In this document: positions 33,401-39,326 of the stretch, in pieces | How positions within the stretch are numbered: the stretch's first letter is position 1 | How the letters are laid out: every line of letters begins with the position of its first letter | Source of the DNA: Elusimicrobiota bacterium | Lineage (GTDB): Bacteria; Elusimicrobiota; Elusimicrobia; F11 | Reading direction: 5' to 3' | Assembly (NCBI GenBank): GCA_044221725.1 | Contig: JBGAON010000004.1 | Span: 221,019-285,018, forward strand | Length of the DNA: 64,000 bases | Position numbers and translations under genes: made by a program | Notes under the pieces: generated by a model | What the model was told of the DNA's origin: nothing | The model's database searches: none | Seen by the model: the letters and a program-made list of their open reading frames with translations, nothing else

Positions 33401-34696
33401 CGGAGTTATATTGTTGCAGCAAAGAACTCTCAATTGGAAGCAAACATAGATGTATTTAAAACCCGTCCGAATGTTCACGTGATCGCTATGACAATGGACA
33501 CAGGGACAAAACATGGCAATTTGGAAATGCCAAACGCGACCTGTGTGGTGTATTGGGATCCGCCCCGTTCCGCAAACGACCTCGCCGCGGTGTTGCATGG
33601 TGTGTCTCCCGGCGCGCCAACACTGCGTTTTCGTATTGTTAATTTCGCGGCAACTTACAATGAGCAAGCCATCGCAAACCATGGCGTTGGGTTGGGTCCG
33701 CTTGCGTTCCGAACATTCTTCGACGCATACGAGCGCGTGCGGTTTCAACGCGTTCGCAATTTGATGCGCATCGCGGCCGAATTGCTTGATTTGCATTTTA
33801 CCGAAGGCGAAGCGGGCGGTTGGGTGCAAGACAAACTGGATCTTTTGAAAATGCTTGTTGAGCAGTTAAAAGATAGCGGCGCGGTCCCCGACGTGCCCGT
33901 GGAGCAAGTGGATCACAGTGCCGGATTGACGCGGTCTCAGAAGGACGAGGTGTACGCCGAAGTGGCGCGGCTGTTCGAATATCAGCGAACACACACAAAC
34001 AAGCCGAACTTGGTGGAAGTGCGAAATGAGGCAACCAATGCTCTGCGAGAAGTTTTCATGTCCGCGGATAACAAAGAGTTGTCATTCCTCACGCACATTC
34101 AGCAAGAAATTGATGAGGGAAGCGTGGATTTCGATGCGATACCGTTGCTGCGAAACTGGACAGCTTTTTTTAAGAGCTTGGTTGAATCCGGGTTTGACGT
34201 GAACGATCGGCTGGCCGTTTTGCATCACATGCACGAAGAAAAACAGTTGCAATGGGGGCAGCTGATCCCTTCGCAAAAATTCAGCAGTGGGAAGAAATCA
34301 TTCGAATTTGCGTACGATCAGCGGCACGAAATCAGAAAGTTGGGGGGTGCCGATGTTTTGTTGCATTTGTTCAACCAAGCCTATCCGCACCTGAAAGTGA
34401 GTGAATTGAATGCGAAGGCGCTTCAACTGTTGATGCAGCATGCGGATCGGTTCTGGACGTCCGGCGATTGGCCAGAATTCATTAGGCATCTCATTGAAGT
34501 TACGAGCCGTATGTTGGAGAAAAAACGGATTGTCGAACAGTTGAATCAATCAGCGGATGGAAATGGTAACGATCACGCGACCGATAATGGCGCGGAGAAC
34601 GGAAACGGTTTGTCGATCAACGATCTGGTTGCGCCGGCCACAAAAGCGCCAATTATTTCTGTCCATGACGACCAACAAGTCCGTGCCGCCGCATAA
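24497..34696 (+). CDS. giant (3,399 aa) membrane-anchored protein of unknown function with a mosaic domain content
   Basis: Uninterrupted 10.2-kb ORF. It has an N-terminal hydrophobic signal/anchor and a strong TM at about 26180-26242. It also has the TIKI/TraB-like motif pair, the HTH-like module array and the degenerate SNF2 ATPase scaffold described in findings. Confidence 0.85.
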   Translation: MRRFFPFRRSFTFFLAMVMFATNVVWAHRLPLEAVNSRITVPNEMGIVRNVFPALRAKPAKGIVVHIQDIHRQAEAQANISRALQYLFTHSNVGFVGIEGAFSEVETKPFRKHSNQHDRAIVADSLLTDQKIAGPLHAAFVGSPDIPFIGIDNSALYERNRRAFLIASRHKCVLQAEVRAQQAKLEIQKRLTFNRKMREFDAAVSTYDNGHMSAAQFVRVLQRARAPLTPLLNNFLKGVYLETVLPLDGVTKDRAMALAYINYRRSAQGIDIRQLMSDIESAKKSTYAALCKSQREHKMLAVHRRLYLLRKLVDFSLSREEWKEWQKVQRTSCGLLRKRSEANLSSFEDFYRQAESRDNAMAEKFLEEIQRTKHAVRGTFVLVTGGFHADGIDAVLRDAGYEVVAFVPRVSKPDISASYLNAFLREQTPLEKLFHGERLFLAERVATTEQNVEAGMLLMAQAVFSRRLSFVQASQLFERIMRSFRQPIEVKLRVLHSDSTAIAGQIERTGWLSARFRISRDENMLHLDWVKRSAVVGVVTLFAFAVGRRLVLTIDGATLAQISCVVLLAAAVLVLTIMVVWFPPRGPQMALAGASKLLPVRISDLVGKTSEELATTWASVFGESDKQDTSRSRETSTQSAWHDIQIDNAAIQQHLKRYRAIVTTLENYLKQHTAKKMPDLEQALKDAGVNEHYPDFHLSEWTAALPTLDVDRILANVFDDLEEQICYPRGFSVDGPTNMFRLSRWKEIVTPLGRKIRLYEVDLGSLQIGSTLTNRYRAHSIIAVSGLRNEFLRKMRTNRSPYIDTLKNTSGFEDYDPDAVINDAYGNSSDMEAILQMHPYLRTGNWRGAVLKDSGVLKSAAIGDPSLWTVAARVLFHVFSQPRKFNLALLLDGLNNMRSILPRDYLFAEPLLRIMWPDWDGKGNAIDVLEEHFRRNPPAFAMVVKEAILDYYRQELPSEEELARLVTTTERVYFPRLQRAYEQMVLMASHPKPDPARQLASENEFLPALLDSLRMVAANNTIQPLENLLPMDETLMSPWDKVQWQRTLTLLRRAINWWSGREADGYQAIYSFRVLLATINELWLIPRRELLVGIDTNGSIDIPNERFAVGAIVGDELPSTTVDNFSLRTFLVDLPDALANTLSYGVFVVDLRPAPSYVVADRKSAAKFIRDFQSDPEVIAIATRWATERGLVVDNAATVYLVALQQFYFLNYLFVWWLQQAHNRYLHHWAVLPAAALCAIPSNIVLALPTLWALEKNRAFDQVRGYTSPEFILGLERIYAAFADAFGIKVDIRRDGPAEVTRALEASKENPLRRMTQAAALKLAEIGHLPKIGFSAWPAVVAAFAPLSPTIVKVHLQIVNERDIPAPTPPTRIYAMAAASRSAPELETVSRSQVHSQGVTMRIVDELSFLLNDIATVGDVDVDIAKKEDKASEKNQVAYITDEHGSDRLVIKVGTAFASKNDDETVLAVLTRVRTQISNALQSPYQQLPVLLHGAINRLFENADQPFEVFGPAINTFPSGERKKLRWLDKELGKACAVWMPQTKQNRFLLASFAARWLNENHLLDRAHILVPLGEKRAGVPHFLYLPVAYAAGHFAGRPVCYVSNLETGVAVNATLNSALHLIIISTDQIPIERDEYHRKIKELPVKPDNRLAAVSFILAGVLLKDATEKMSSLEKRRFYDEAFYSLSTGRHGLAGIDDAQANFALSYFLIPSLGQNKSLLGYSLVIWSLVLLHHVVHKEDQSIHTFAKQIGSVAQILNEMLGGVVAGTSSAESMLHAMGHVDDGALVALGDKLAAKLDPLLQRYGMHADVAEAQALFAKTTVVKIAGADNKSLPVVGFAPILSPAAPSLHTTQHDYKKDQDPEKKKKKQPESKITDRVLPEKISEDIQALAMFAGPNESDWPAVAIDYGLDYSAQDLHELYGLYTEDHRFEGLRSEYPGHETIAALIGVFGFNAEEIGKHRHVAAGTAHTWFTDFVRNIYRKNPNVTTWTNDECGGHAAEAQEIFRTEPNLESLRYEAPGARDLVALAKASEFDADKFAVLRGKGVSTKKAHRWLREYVEDRYNRDGHNILPWETDPDFGKPAIKFFLNDPELALARVLQPGNKDMLALLMQTKANANAIATLRGANVKDVRGWITNFLINDPVCRGRVKEMALKCGLTVDEISQGLLDSKLEDVALKVRQQRPTEDQLRSIIQLLKGSLVAVADAYDVEPIVVYKWVHDPAFSNCAANYRDKYFNDDKVVGRWRTFYRGNLKPVAHALGWSEAQIDHLNKKKMASLALRRAQGLGLDMLRILDALYNNAELRNDRAEILTWLAAHCDDLFRRNELGQPEIHQQVGSIVAPIAWPDERHKIERAYKITAFSVAGYKDAPNFSIAADNVAFDFVVESNAFPFLHWTRLIVQGGVPSTIEVEALPDNKWRISGSVLLTDRKPGAVSDLRFCLVDDSIDASGPVFGPIASATVRYVGEDKLNRTSARVQLEFWQDRLVPRTENDRSRVIRKLKENVERILMADFQEDRTRGFAELDRLIEIQRADVRLYMDENNVLGPNRDHVNYFYIEGNETVGRLKAVEPDTALGFDRNFEALVDALRILLEIRSEWIDVESFKLPELKAGIEHSYPQRVAAVKLFKKVTGAMVDVNVGEELVVAGLAVDRMAHGLSAMDIPAGGHAVIVVNPLHKNKWIKAFESYERPTRFLDLTGKTAERTKALKKFESDATTPHVIFVTQDYLRSLEKGRTSHPAVSLIRTNLCVVVITGAQTLGASDSTLAESVRKFVPTDKRVPVVIVASPAAQHELGALDRVLAFIREMTGLTVGRRSIKAASDILKPQRLAGLQDLLNERLVYLDPQKIFKPFSSEHPHEADRMPEIVYETKTYEMPLSLMTRLLGVRADPANKKSYVLGENKLRDVLGDLSIENLKIGLLRDVIEEERQHHGQAKVAVVTRRQDTVAHILATFGDAAVGLAEEATIRKVQRSYIVAAKNSQLEANIDVFKTRPNVHVIAMTMDTGTKHGNLEMPNATCVVYWDPPRSANDLAAVLHGVSPGAPTLRFRIVNFAATYNEQAIANHGVGLGPLAFRTFFDAYERVRFQRVRNLMRIAAELLDLHFTEGEAGGWVQDKLDLLKMLVEQLKDSGAVPDVPVEQVDHSAGLTRSQKDEVYAEVARLFEYQRTHTNKPNLVEVRNEATNALREVFMSADNKELSFLTHIQQEIDEGSVDFDAIPLLRNWTAFFKSLVESGFDVNDRLAVLHHMHEEKQLQWGQLIPSQKFSSGKKSFEFAYDQRHEIRKLGGADVLLHLFNQAYPHLKVSELNAKALQLLMQHADRFWTSGDWPEFIRHLIEVTSRMLEKKRIVEQLNQSADGNGNDHATDNGAENGNGLSINDLVAPATKAPIISVHDDQQVRAAA

Positions 34697-34725
34697 ATTC
34701 CGATTGGCTGTTGTAAAATAACGGC

Positions 34726-35235
34726 ATGAAAAAAGATGTTTCTTTTTTGCTCGTCGCGCTTTTCTTGCCGATGCTTGCGAGCGCCATCGACAAAAGCAAA
34801 ACAGACCAGCCAAATGCCGCCGTGGAGTCGAAAATGGAAATCGAAAACAAAGCAAAACTCGAAGAATTGAAGCGTGCGCTTACCCCCGAGCAATACGAGA
34901 TATGTTTCCGTAAAGGAACCGAACGCGCGTTTACTGGAAAATATTGGGACAATCACGAAAAGGGTGCGTATCACTGCACGGTCTGCGGCCTTGAACTTTT
35001 CAAATCGGACACCAAATTTGATTCCGGAACCGGCTGGCCAAGTTTTTGGGATCCGGCCCTCAAAGCCAATGTAAAAACCGAAGTGGACAACAGTTACGGT
35101 ATGAAGCGCACGGAAGTGTTGTGTTCCCGATGCGGGGCGCATTTGGGGCATGTGTTCGAAGACGGGCCAAAACCGACGGGCCTTCGTTATTGCATCAACT
35201 CCGCAGCGCTCAAGTTCGAAAAAGAAAAACCCTAA
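34726..35235 (+). CDS. msrB: peptide-methionine (R)-S-oxide reductase MsrB with an N-terminal signal peptide
   Basis: Contains [35 protein letters not shown] and RYCINS. Preceded by [20 protein letters not shown]. Confidence 0.95.
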   Translation: MKKDVSFLLVALFLPMLASAIDKSKTDQPNAAVESKMEIENKAKLEELKRALTPEQYEICFRKGTERAFTGKYWDNHEKGAYHCTVCGLELFKSDTKFDSGTGWPSFWDPALKANVKTEVDNSYGMKRTEVLCSRCGAHLGHVFEDGPKPTGLRYCINSAALKFEKEKP

Positions 35236-35274
35236 CACTGGCACGGGCGTCTGCCCGTCTGTTATTCTTACTCC

Positions 35275-36906
35275 ATGTTTCGCGCTGTTCGGCCGATTCT
35301 TTATTTCGGCCTGTTAATTCAATTCATTCTTCCGATTTCCGCGCAGTCGCCGTCCGTTTTTGTTCCAGCGGCAAATCCTTTGCGCGATGCGGTTGCGAGT
35401 CGGGTCCCCGTTGTCGCTCCGTCCGCGTATTTGCTGAAAAAATTCTACGAAGCGCGAGATTATTCGCCTGCCTGGATAGAGGAAGGCCATCCAAAGAAAA
35501 CCGTTACCGATCTTTTGAACGCGATCAAACAATCCGATCGAGAAGGTTTGAATCCGCTGGACTACCATCTGAAAGAAATTGGTGGCCTGCTGACGCTGTT
35601 TGAGGCATCGGCCGTAACCACCGAGACGATGGCCCAGCTCGAAATACTTTTGACCGACGCGTTTTTGTCGTACGGCTCGGACTTGGTATCGGGACGCACA
35701 AACCCTTATGATGTTGATGACGACTGGTTTGCAGGCCGTCGTACCGGCGATTTACCGCTCACGCTCGAGCGGGCCATTGAGCTCGGCAATGTCCGCGGTA
35801 CGCTGAAAGAGCTGCTGCCCACGAATCCGATGTATCAACGTATGCGCGATGCGCTCGCGCGTTACCGTCAATTTGAAAAAAGCGGCGGTTGGCCTGTCAT
35901 CGCTGACGGCAAACCGATCAAACGCGGTGATTCGGATCGTCGTGTGGTAGCGCTTCGCAAGCGTCTGTTTGTGGAGCGTGATCTCAACCAAAAACCCAAT
36001 TCGAGCGAACTTTTTGATGCCAGTGTTGAACGCGGGCTCAAGCATTTCCAGGCACGAATGGGATTGGATCCCGACGGGGTTTTGGGCGCCGGGACGATCA
36101 AAACATTAAATGTTTCGGCGAAAGAGCGTGTCCAGCAAATCCGCATCAACATGGAACGCTGCCGTTGGCTACCCGACGATCTCGGCGAGCGTCACATATT
36201 CGTGAACGTGCCCTCGTTTACGCTTCAAGTTGTCGACAACGAGCGAACGATGACCTCTATGCGCGTGGTGGTCGGACGAAAAATGCGGCAAACGCCGGTT
36301 TTCTCGAGCACGATGACCCACCTCGTTTTCAATCCGCCATGGTCCGTGCCGATTATGGTGGCGCGCACCGATATCCTCGATCATCTGCGCGAAGAGCCGG
36401 ATTATTTAACAACGCACAATTTTGATGTGTACGACGGTTATGACGATAATGCGCGGCCGGTTGACGCATCAAAAGTGGATTGGACGAAGGTTACCTCTCA
36501 GAATTTAACTTACAAATTCCGGCAAAAACCCGGTGCGCTGAACGCGCTGGGTCGAATCAAGTTTCTGTTGCCGAACCGGTTTGATGTTTATTTGCACGAT
36601 ACGCCATCCCGTTCGCTTTTTTCGAAAACCGTCCGCGATTTTAGCTCCGGTTGCATCCGCGTCGAAAAACCGGTCCAATTGGCGCAGATTGTGCTGGGGG
36701 GAGAAGATCGCTGGCCAAAAGAAAAGATTGAGGCAGCTATAAACAAGAACAGCGAGCAAATCGTTGTGCTGCCAAAACCGATTCCTGTTCACCTAATGTA
36801 CTGGACATTCTGGGTGGACGAATGGAACGTCGCGCAATTTCGCGAGGACATTTATGATCGCGATACGGCGCTGTCTCGCGCATTGAACCGGGAGATCGCG
36901 CTTTGA
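35275..36906 (+). CDS. L,D-transpeptidase (YcbB/LdtD-like: PG-binding domain plus YkuD domain)
   Basis: Catalytic region LHDTPSRSLFSKTVRDFSSGCIRVEKP. PG_binding_1-like segment VVALRKRLFVERDL..GLKHFQARMGLDPDGVLG. Confidence 0.9.
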   Translation: MFRAVRPILYFGLLIQFILPISAQSPSVFVPAANPLRDAVASRVPVVAPSAYLLKKFYEARDYSPAWIEEGHPKKTVTDLLNAIKQSDREGLNPLDYHLKEIGGLLTLFEASAVTTETMAQLEILLTDAFLSYGSDLVSGRTNPYDVDDDWFAGRRTGDLPLTLERAIELGNVRGTLKELLPTNPMYQRMRDALARYRQFEKSGGWPVIADGKPIKRGDSDRRVVALRKRLFVERDLNQKPNSSELFDASVERGLKHFQARMGLDPDGVLGAGTIKTLNVSAKERVQQIRINMERCRWLPDDLGERHIFVNVPSFTLQVVDNERTMTSMRVVVGRKMRQTPVFSSTMTHLVFNPPWSVPIMVARTDILDHLREEPDYLTTHNFDVYDGYDDNARPVDASKVDWTKVTSQNLTYKFRQKPGALNALGRIKFLLPNRFDVYLHDTPSRSLFSKTVRDFSSGCIRVEKPVQLAQIVLGGEDRWPKEKIEAAINKNSEQIVVLPKPIPVHLMYWTFWVDEWNVAQFREDIYDRDTALSRALNREIAL

Positions 36907-37886
36907 AGCGGACGCGGAAATCCGGTGCGACGTTTCTTGCGCTGTTCTTATTTGCGTCTTTTGCTGCTCATCTTCCGTTTGGATCCGCGCTCGTTTCTGT
37001 CGGCTATCACTCGGAGCGAACCTGTTTTTCAGTGAAGTATCGCGGCGAAGAATCGAGCTACAAAGTAACTCCGCTTTTTGTTTTGCCCTCCGAAGACGTA
37101 CAAATTCAGATTGCTACCATCGATCCCGATGCAACGTTTAACGTTGGCGCCGAGTGGAAGGCGCACGGCAAATCAACGTGGGTATGGAAGGCTCCGCGAA
37201 AAACGGGTCTTTACCCATCCAAAATCGTCGAGTCAAAATCCGGCGAAACGATGATGCTCAATATGTTCGTTATGATTCCGTACGGAAAAGTGAAAAGCGA
37301 CACCATCAACGGTTATCGAATTGGTCGTTACCCGAAAATCCCCGCGACAAAAAAGTTTTCGTACGAATTGCCGCGCGGCTATATCGAAGTGACAAAAGCA
37401 AACCGAGACACGATGATTTCGCCGCATTTCAAGCTCGGCCAATTCTTGTGCAAACAAGAAGGCCAATATCCAAAATACGTGGTGCTGCGCGAACGGCTGG
37501 TTCTTAAACTTGAATACATGTTGGAAGCGGTGAACGCGGAAGGAATCCCGGCGCGCACGTTCACGGTGATGAGCGGTTACCGTACGCCGTATTACAACAC
37601 CGCGCTGAACAACGTGCGGTACAGTCGTCACATGTGGGGCGATGCGGCCGACATATATATCAACAACGATTCGCGGAACGACGTGATGGACGATTTAAAC
37701 GGCGATGGGAAGCGGGACGCGAAAGATGCGGAGATGCTTTACGACATCGTCGACGAACTGAAAGACAATCCGGCGTTCAAGCCTTATATTGGGGGGCTCG
37801 GTTGGTACAAGCCAACCAAGATGCACGGGCCCTTTGTTCATGTTGATGCGCGCGGCACGCCCGCGCATTGGAACAGCGAAAACTAG
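36903..37886 (+). CDS. DUF882 / peptidase M15A family protein (YcbK/MepK-like)
   Basis: Zn-ligand pattern SRHMWGDAADI .. FVHVDAR. The TTG start overlaps the Ldt stop. It occupies the same position as ycbK next to ycbB in E. coli. Confidence 0.8.
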   Translation: MKRTRKSGATFLALFLFASFAAHLPFGSALVSVGYHSERTCFSVKYRGEESSYKVTPLFVLPSEDVQIQIATIDPDATFNVGAEWKAHGKSTWVWKAPRKTGLYPSKIVESKSGETMMLNMFVMIPYGKVKSDTINGYRIGRYPKIPATKKFSYELPRGYIEVTKANRDTMISPHFKLGQFLCKQEGQYPKYVVLRERLVLKLEYMLEAVNAEGIPARTFTVMSGYRTPYYNTALNNVRYSRHMWGDAADIYINNDSRNDVMDDLNGDGKRDAKDAEMLYDIVDELKDNPAFKPYIGGLGWYKPTKMHGPFVHVDARGTPAHWNSEN

Positions 37887-39151
37887 ATTTTTTCTGCGCC
37901 GAAGAACGACTGCAGCGCTTTGGGGATTTTTATCGAACCATCCACCTGCTGACCGTTCTCGAGGACTGCCGCGAGCGTTCGCCCCACCGCCAAGCCCGAA
38001 CCGTTCAATGTGCAACCCAGCACTCGCTTTTTGTCTTTCGTGATAACTTTAAAATCCATTCGACGCGATTGAAAATCCGTGCACGTCGAGCACGACGAAA
38101 TCTCACGCCAGACGTTCTCGCCCGGCATCCACACTTCCAAGTCGTAGGTTTTCGCCGATGAAAATCCCATGTCGCCGGTGCACAGCGCCACCACGCGATA
38201 CGGCAGTTCCAATCGCTTCAACACTTCCTCGGCGTGTTTCGTGAGCAACTCGTGTTCCTTGAGAGAATCCTCCATTTTGCAGAACCGAACGAGCTCAACT
38301 TTGTCAAATTGATGATTGCGAATCAGTCCGCGCGTGTCTTTCCCATAGGTGCCAGCCTCGCGGCGAAAACAAGGCGTAAGAGCCGTGACCGCGATCGGAA
38401 GTTTGTCTTCGTCGAGCGCTGTGTCGCGTAGCAAATTCGCGAGCGCAACCTCGGACGTGGGTATCAAATACAAATCGTCTTCGGCGCATTTGTAAAGTTC
38501 TTCGGCGAATTTCGGAAGTTGCCCTGTGTTCGTCATGGTTTGGCCCGTCACCAGATACGGCGTGGCGACTTCCATGTAGCCGTGTTCTTTCGTGTGCAAA
38601 TCAAGCATGAAGTTCGCAATCGCCCGTTCGAGGCGTGCGCCGGCGCCTTTGTAAAGAGAAAATCGTGCGCCCGATAGCTTTGTGGCAAGTTCGAAATCAA
38701 AGATGCCGAGGTTTACTCCGAGTTCGTGGTGATCTTTTGCTTTGAACGAAAATTGTGGTTTGGTGCCGTGTTCGCGCACAACTTTGTTTTGATCGGCGGA
38801 CTTTCCAACAGGAACCGATGGGTCCGGAATGTTCGGAATCGACAAGAGCAGCATGTCGACAGCATTCTTGAGGACGCGCTCGGCTTCTTCTTTTTCTTTC
38901 ATGCCGGCTTTGACCGCCTCCATTTCTTTCAGCAGTGCCGTCGCATCACCTTTTTCGCGCTTCAGTCGCCCAATTTCGTCCGCCGCTTTGTTTCGGCGCG
39001 CGCGCAACTCGTCGAGTTGGGTGATCAGTTCGCGCCATTCTTTGTCTTTCGCGATGACTTGTTCCAAATCGGGAATGTATCGGCCGCCGCGGTCTTGGAG
39101 ACCTTTGCGCACGAGTTCGGGATTGTCACGAATGAGTTTTATGTCGAGCAT
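37883..39151 (-). CDS. serS: seryl-tRNA synthetase
   Basis: 422 aa. N-terminal coiled coil (MLDIKLIRDNPE..) and class II core (FRREAG, GSGLAVGRTLAAVLEN). Confidence 0.97.
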   Translation of the reverse strand: MLDIKLIRDNPELVRKGLQDRGGRYIPDLEQVIAKDKEWRELITQLDELRARRNKAADEIGRLKREKGDATALLKEMEAVKAGMKEKEEAERVLKNAVDMLLLSIPNIPDPSVPVGKSADQNKVVREHGTKPQFSFKAKDHHELGVNLGIFDFELATKLSGARFSLYKGAGARLERAIANFMLDLHTKEHGYMEVATPYLVTGQTMTNTGQLPKFAEELYKCAEDDLYLIPTSEVALANLLRDTALDEDKLPIAVTALTPCFRREAGTYGKDTRGLIRNHQFDKVELVRFCKMEDSLKEHELLTKHAEEVLKRLELPYRVVALCTGDMGFSSAKTYDLEVWMPGENVWREISSCSTCTDFQSRRMDFKVITKDKKRVLGCTLNGSGLAVGRTLAAVLENGQQVDGSIKIPKALQSFFGAEKI

Positions 39152-39183
39152 GAGGGGTGCAGTGTATTAAAAGGTGAGGAAAA

Positions 39184-39265
39184 GGAAACCCCTCCCACCC
39201 TCCTCGTTGAGACCGCACGGGGATGGAAACCCCTCCCTACCCTCCCCGTTGAGACAGCACGGGGA
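39184..39265. repeat. two tandem copies of a roughly 41-nt C-rich unit, each with an internal hairpin
   Basis: GGAAACCCCTCCCACCCTCCTCGTTGAGACCGCACGGGGA (39184-39223) and GGAAACCCCTCCCTACCCTCCCCGTTGAGACAGCACGGGGA (39225-39265). Confidence 0.85.
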
Positions 39266-39268
39266 GGG

Positions 39269-39309
39269 AAAAAATTAATTCCCTCCCCATGGTTCATCAA
39301 TGGGGAGGG
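39269..39309 (-). terminator. probable intrinsic terminator of acs
   Basis: 10-bp stem CCCTCCCCAT/ATGGGGAGGG (39281-39290 / 39300-39309). On the minus strand it is followed by AATTAATTTTTT. Confidence 0.45.
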
Positions 39310-39326
39310 TAGGGAGGGGTATAGAT

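Noticed and set aside
34573-35244. 223-aa minus-strand ORF
   Set aside because: It overlaps the 3' end of the giant ORF and all of msrB in antisense. msrB motifs are unambiguous on the plus strand.
39184-39265. Possible CRISPR array
   Set aside because: There are only two directly abutting repeat copies, with no spacers. There are no cas genes in the window.
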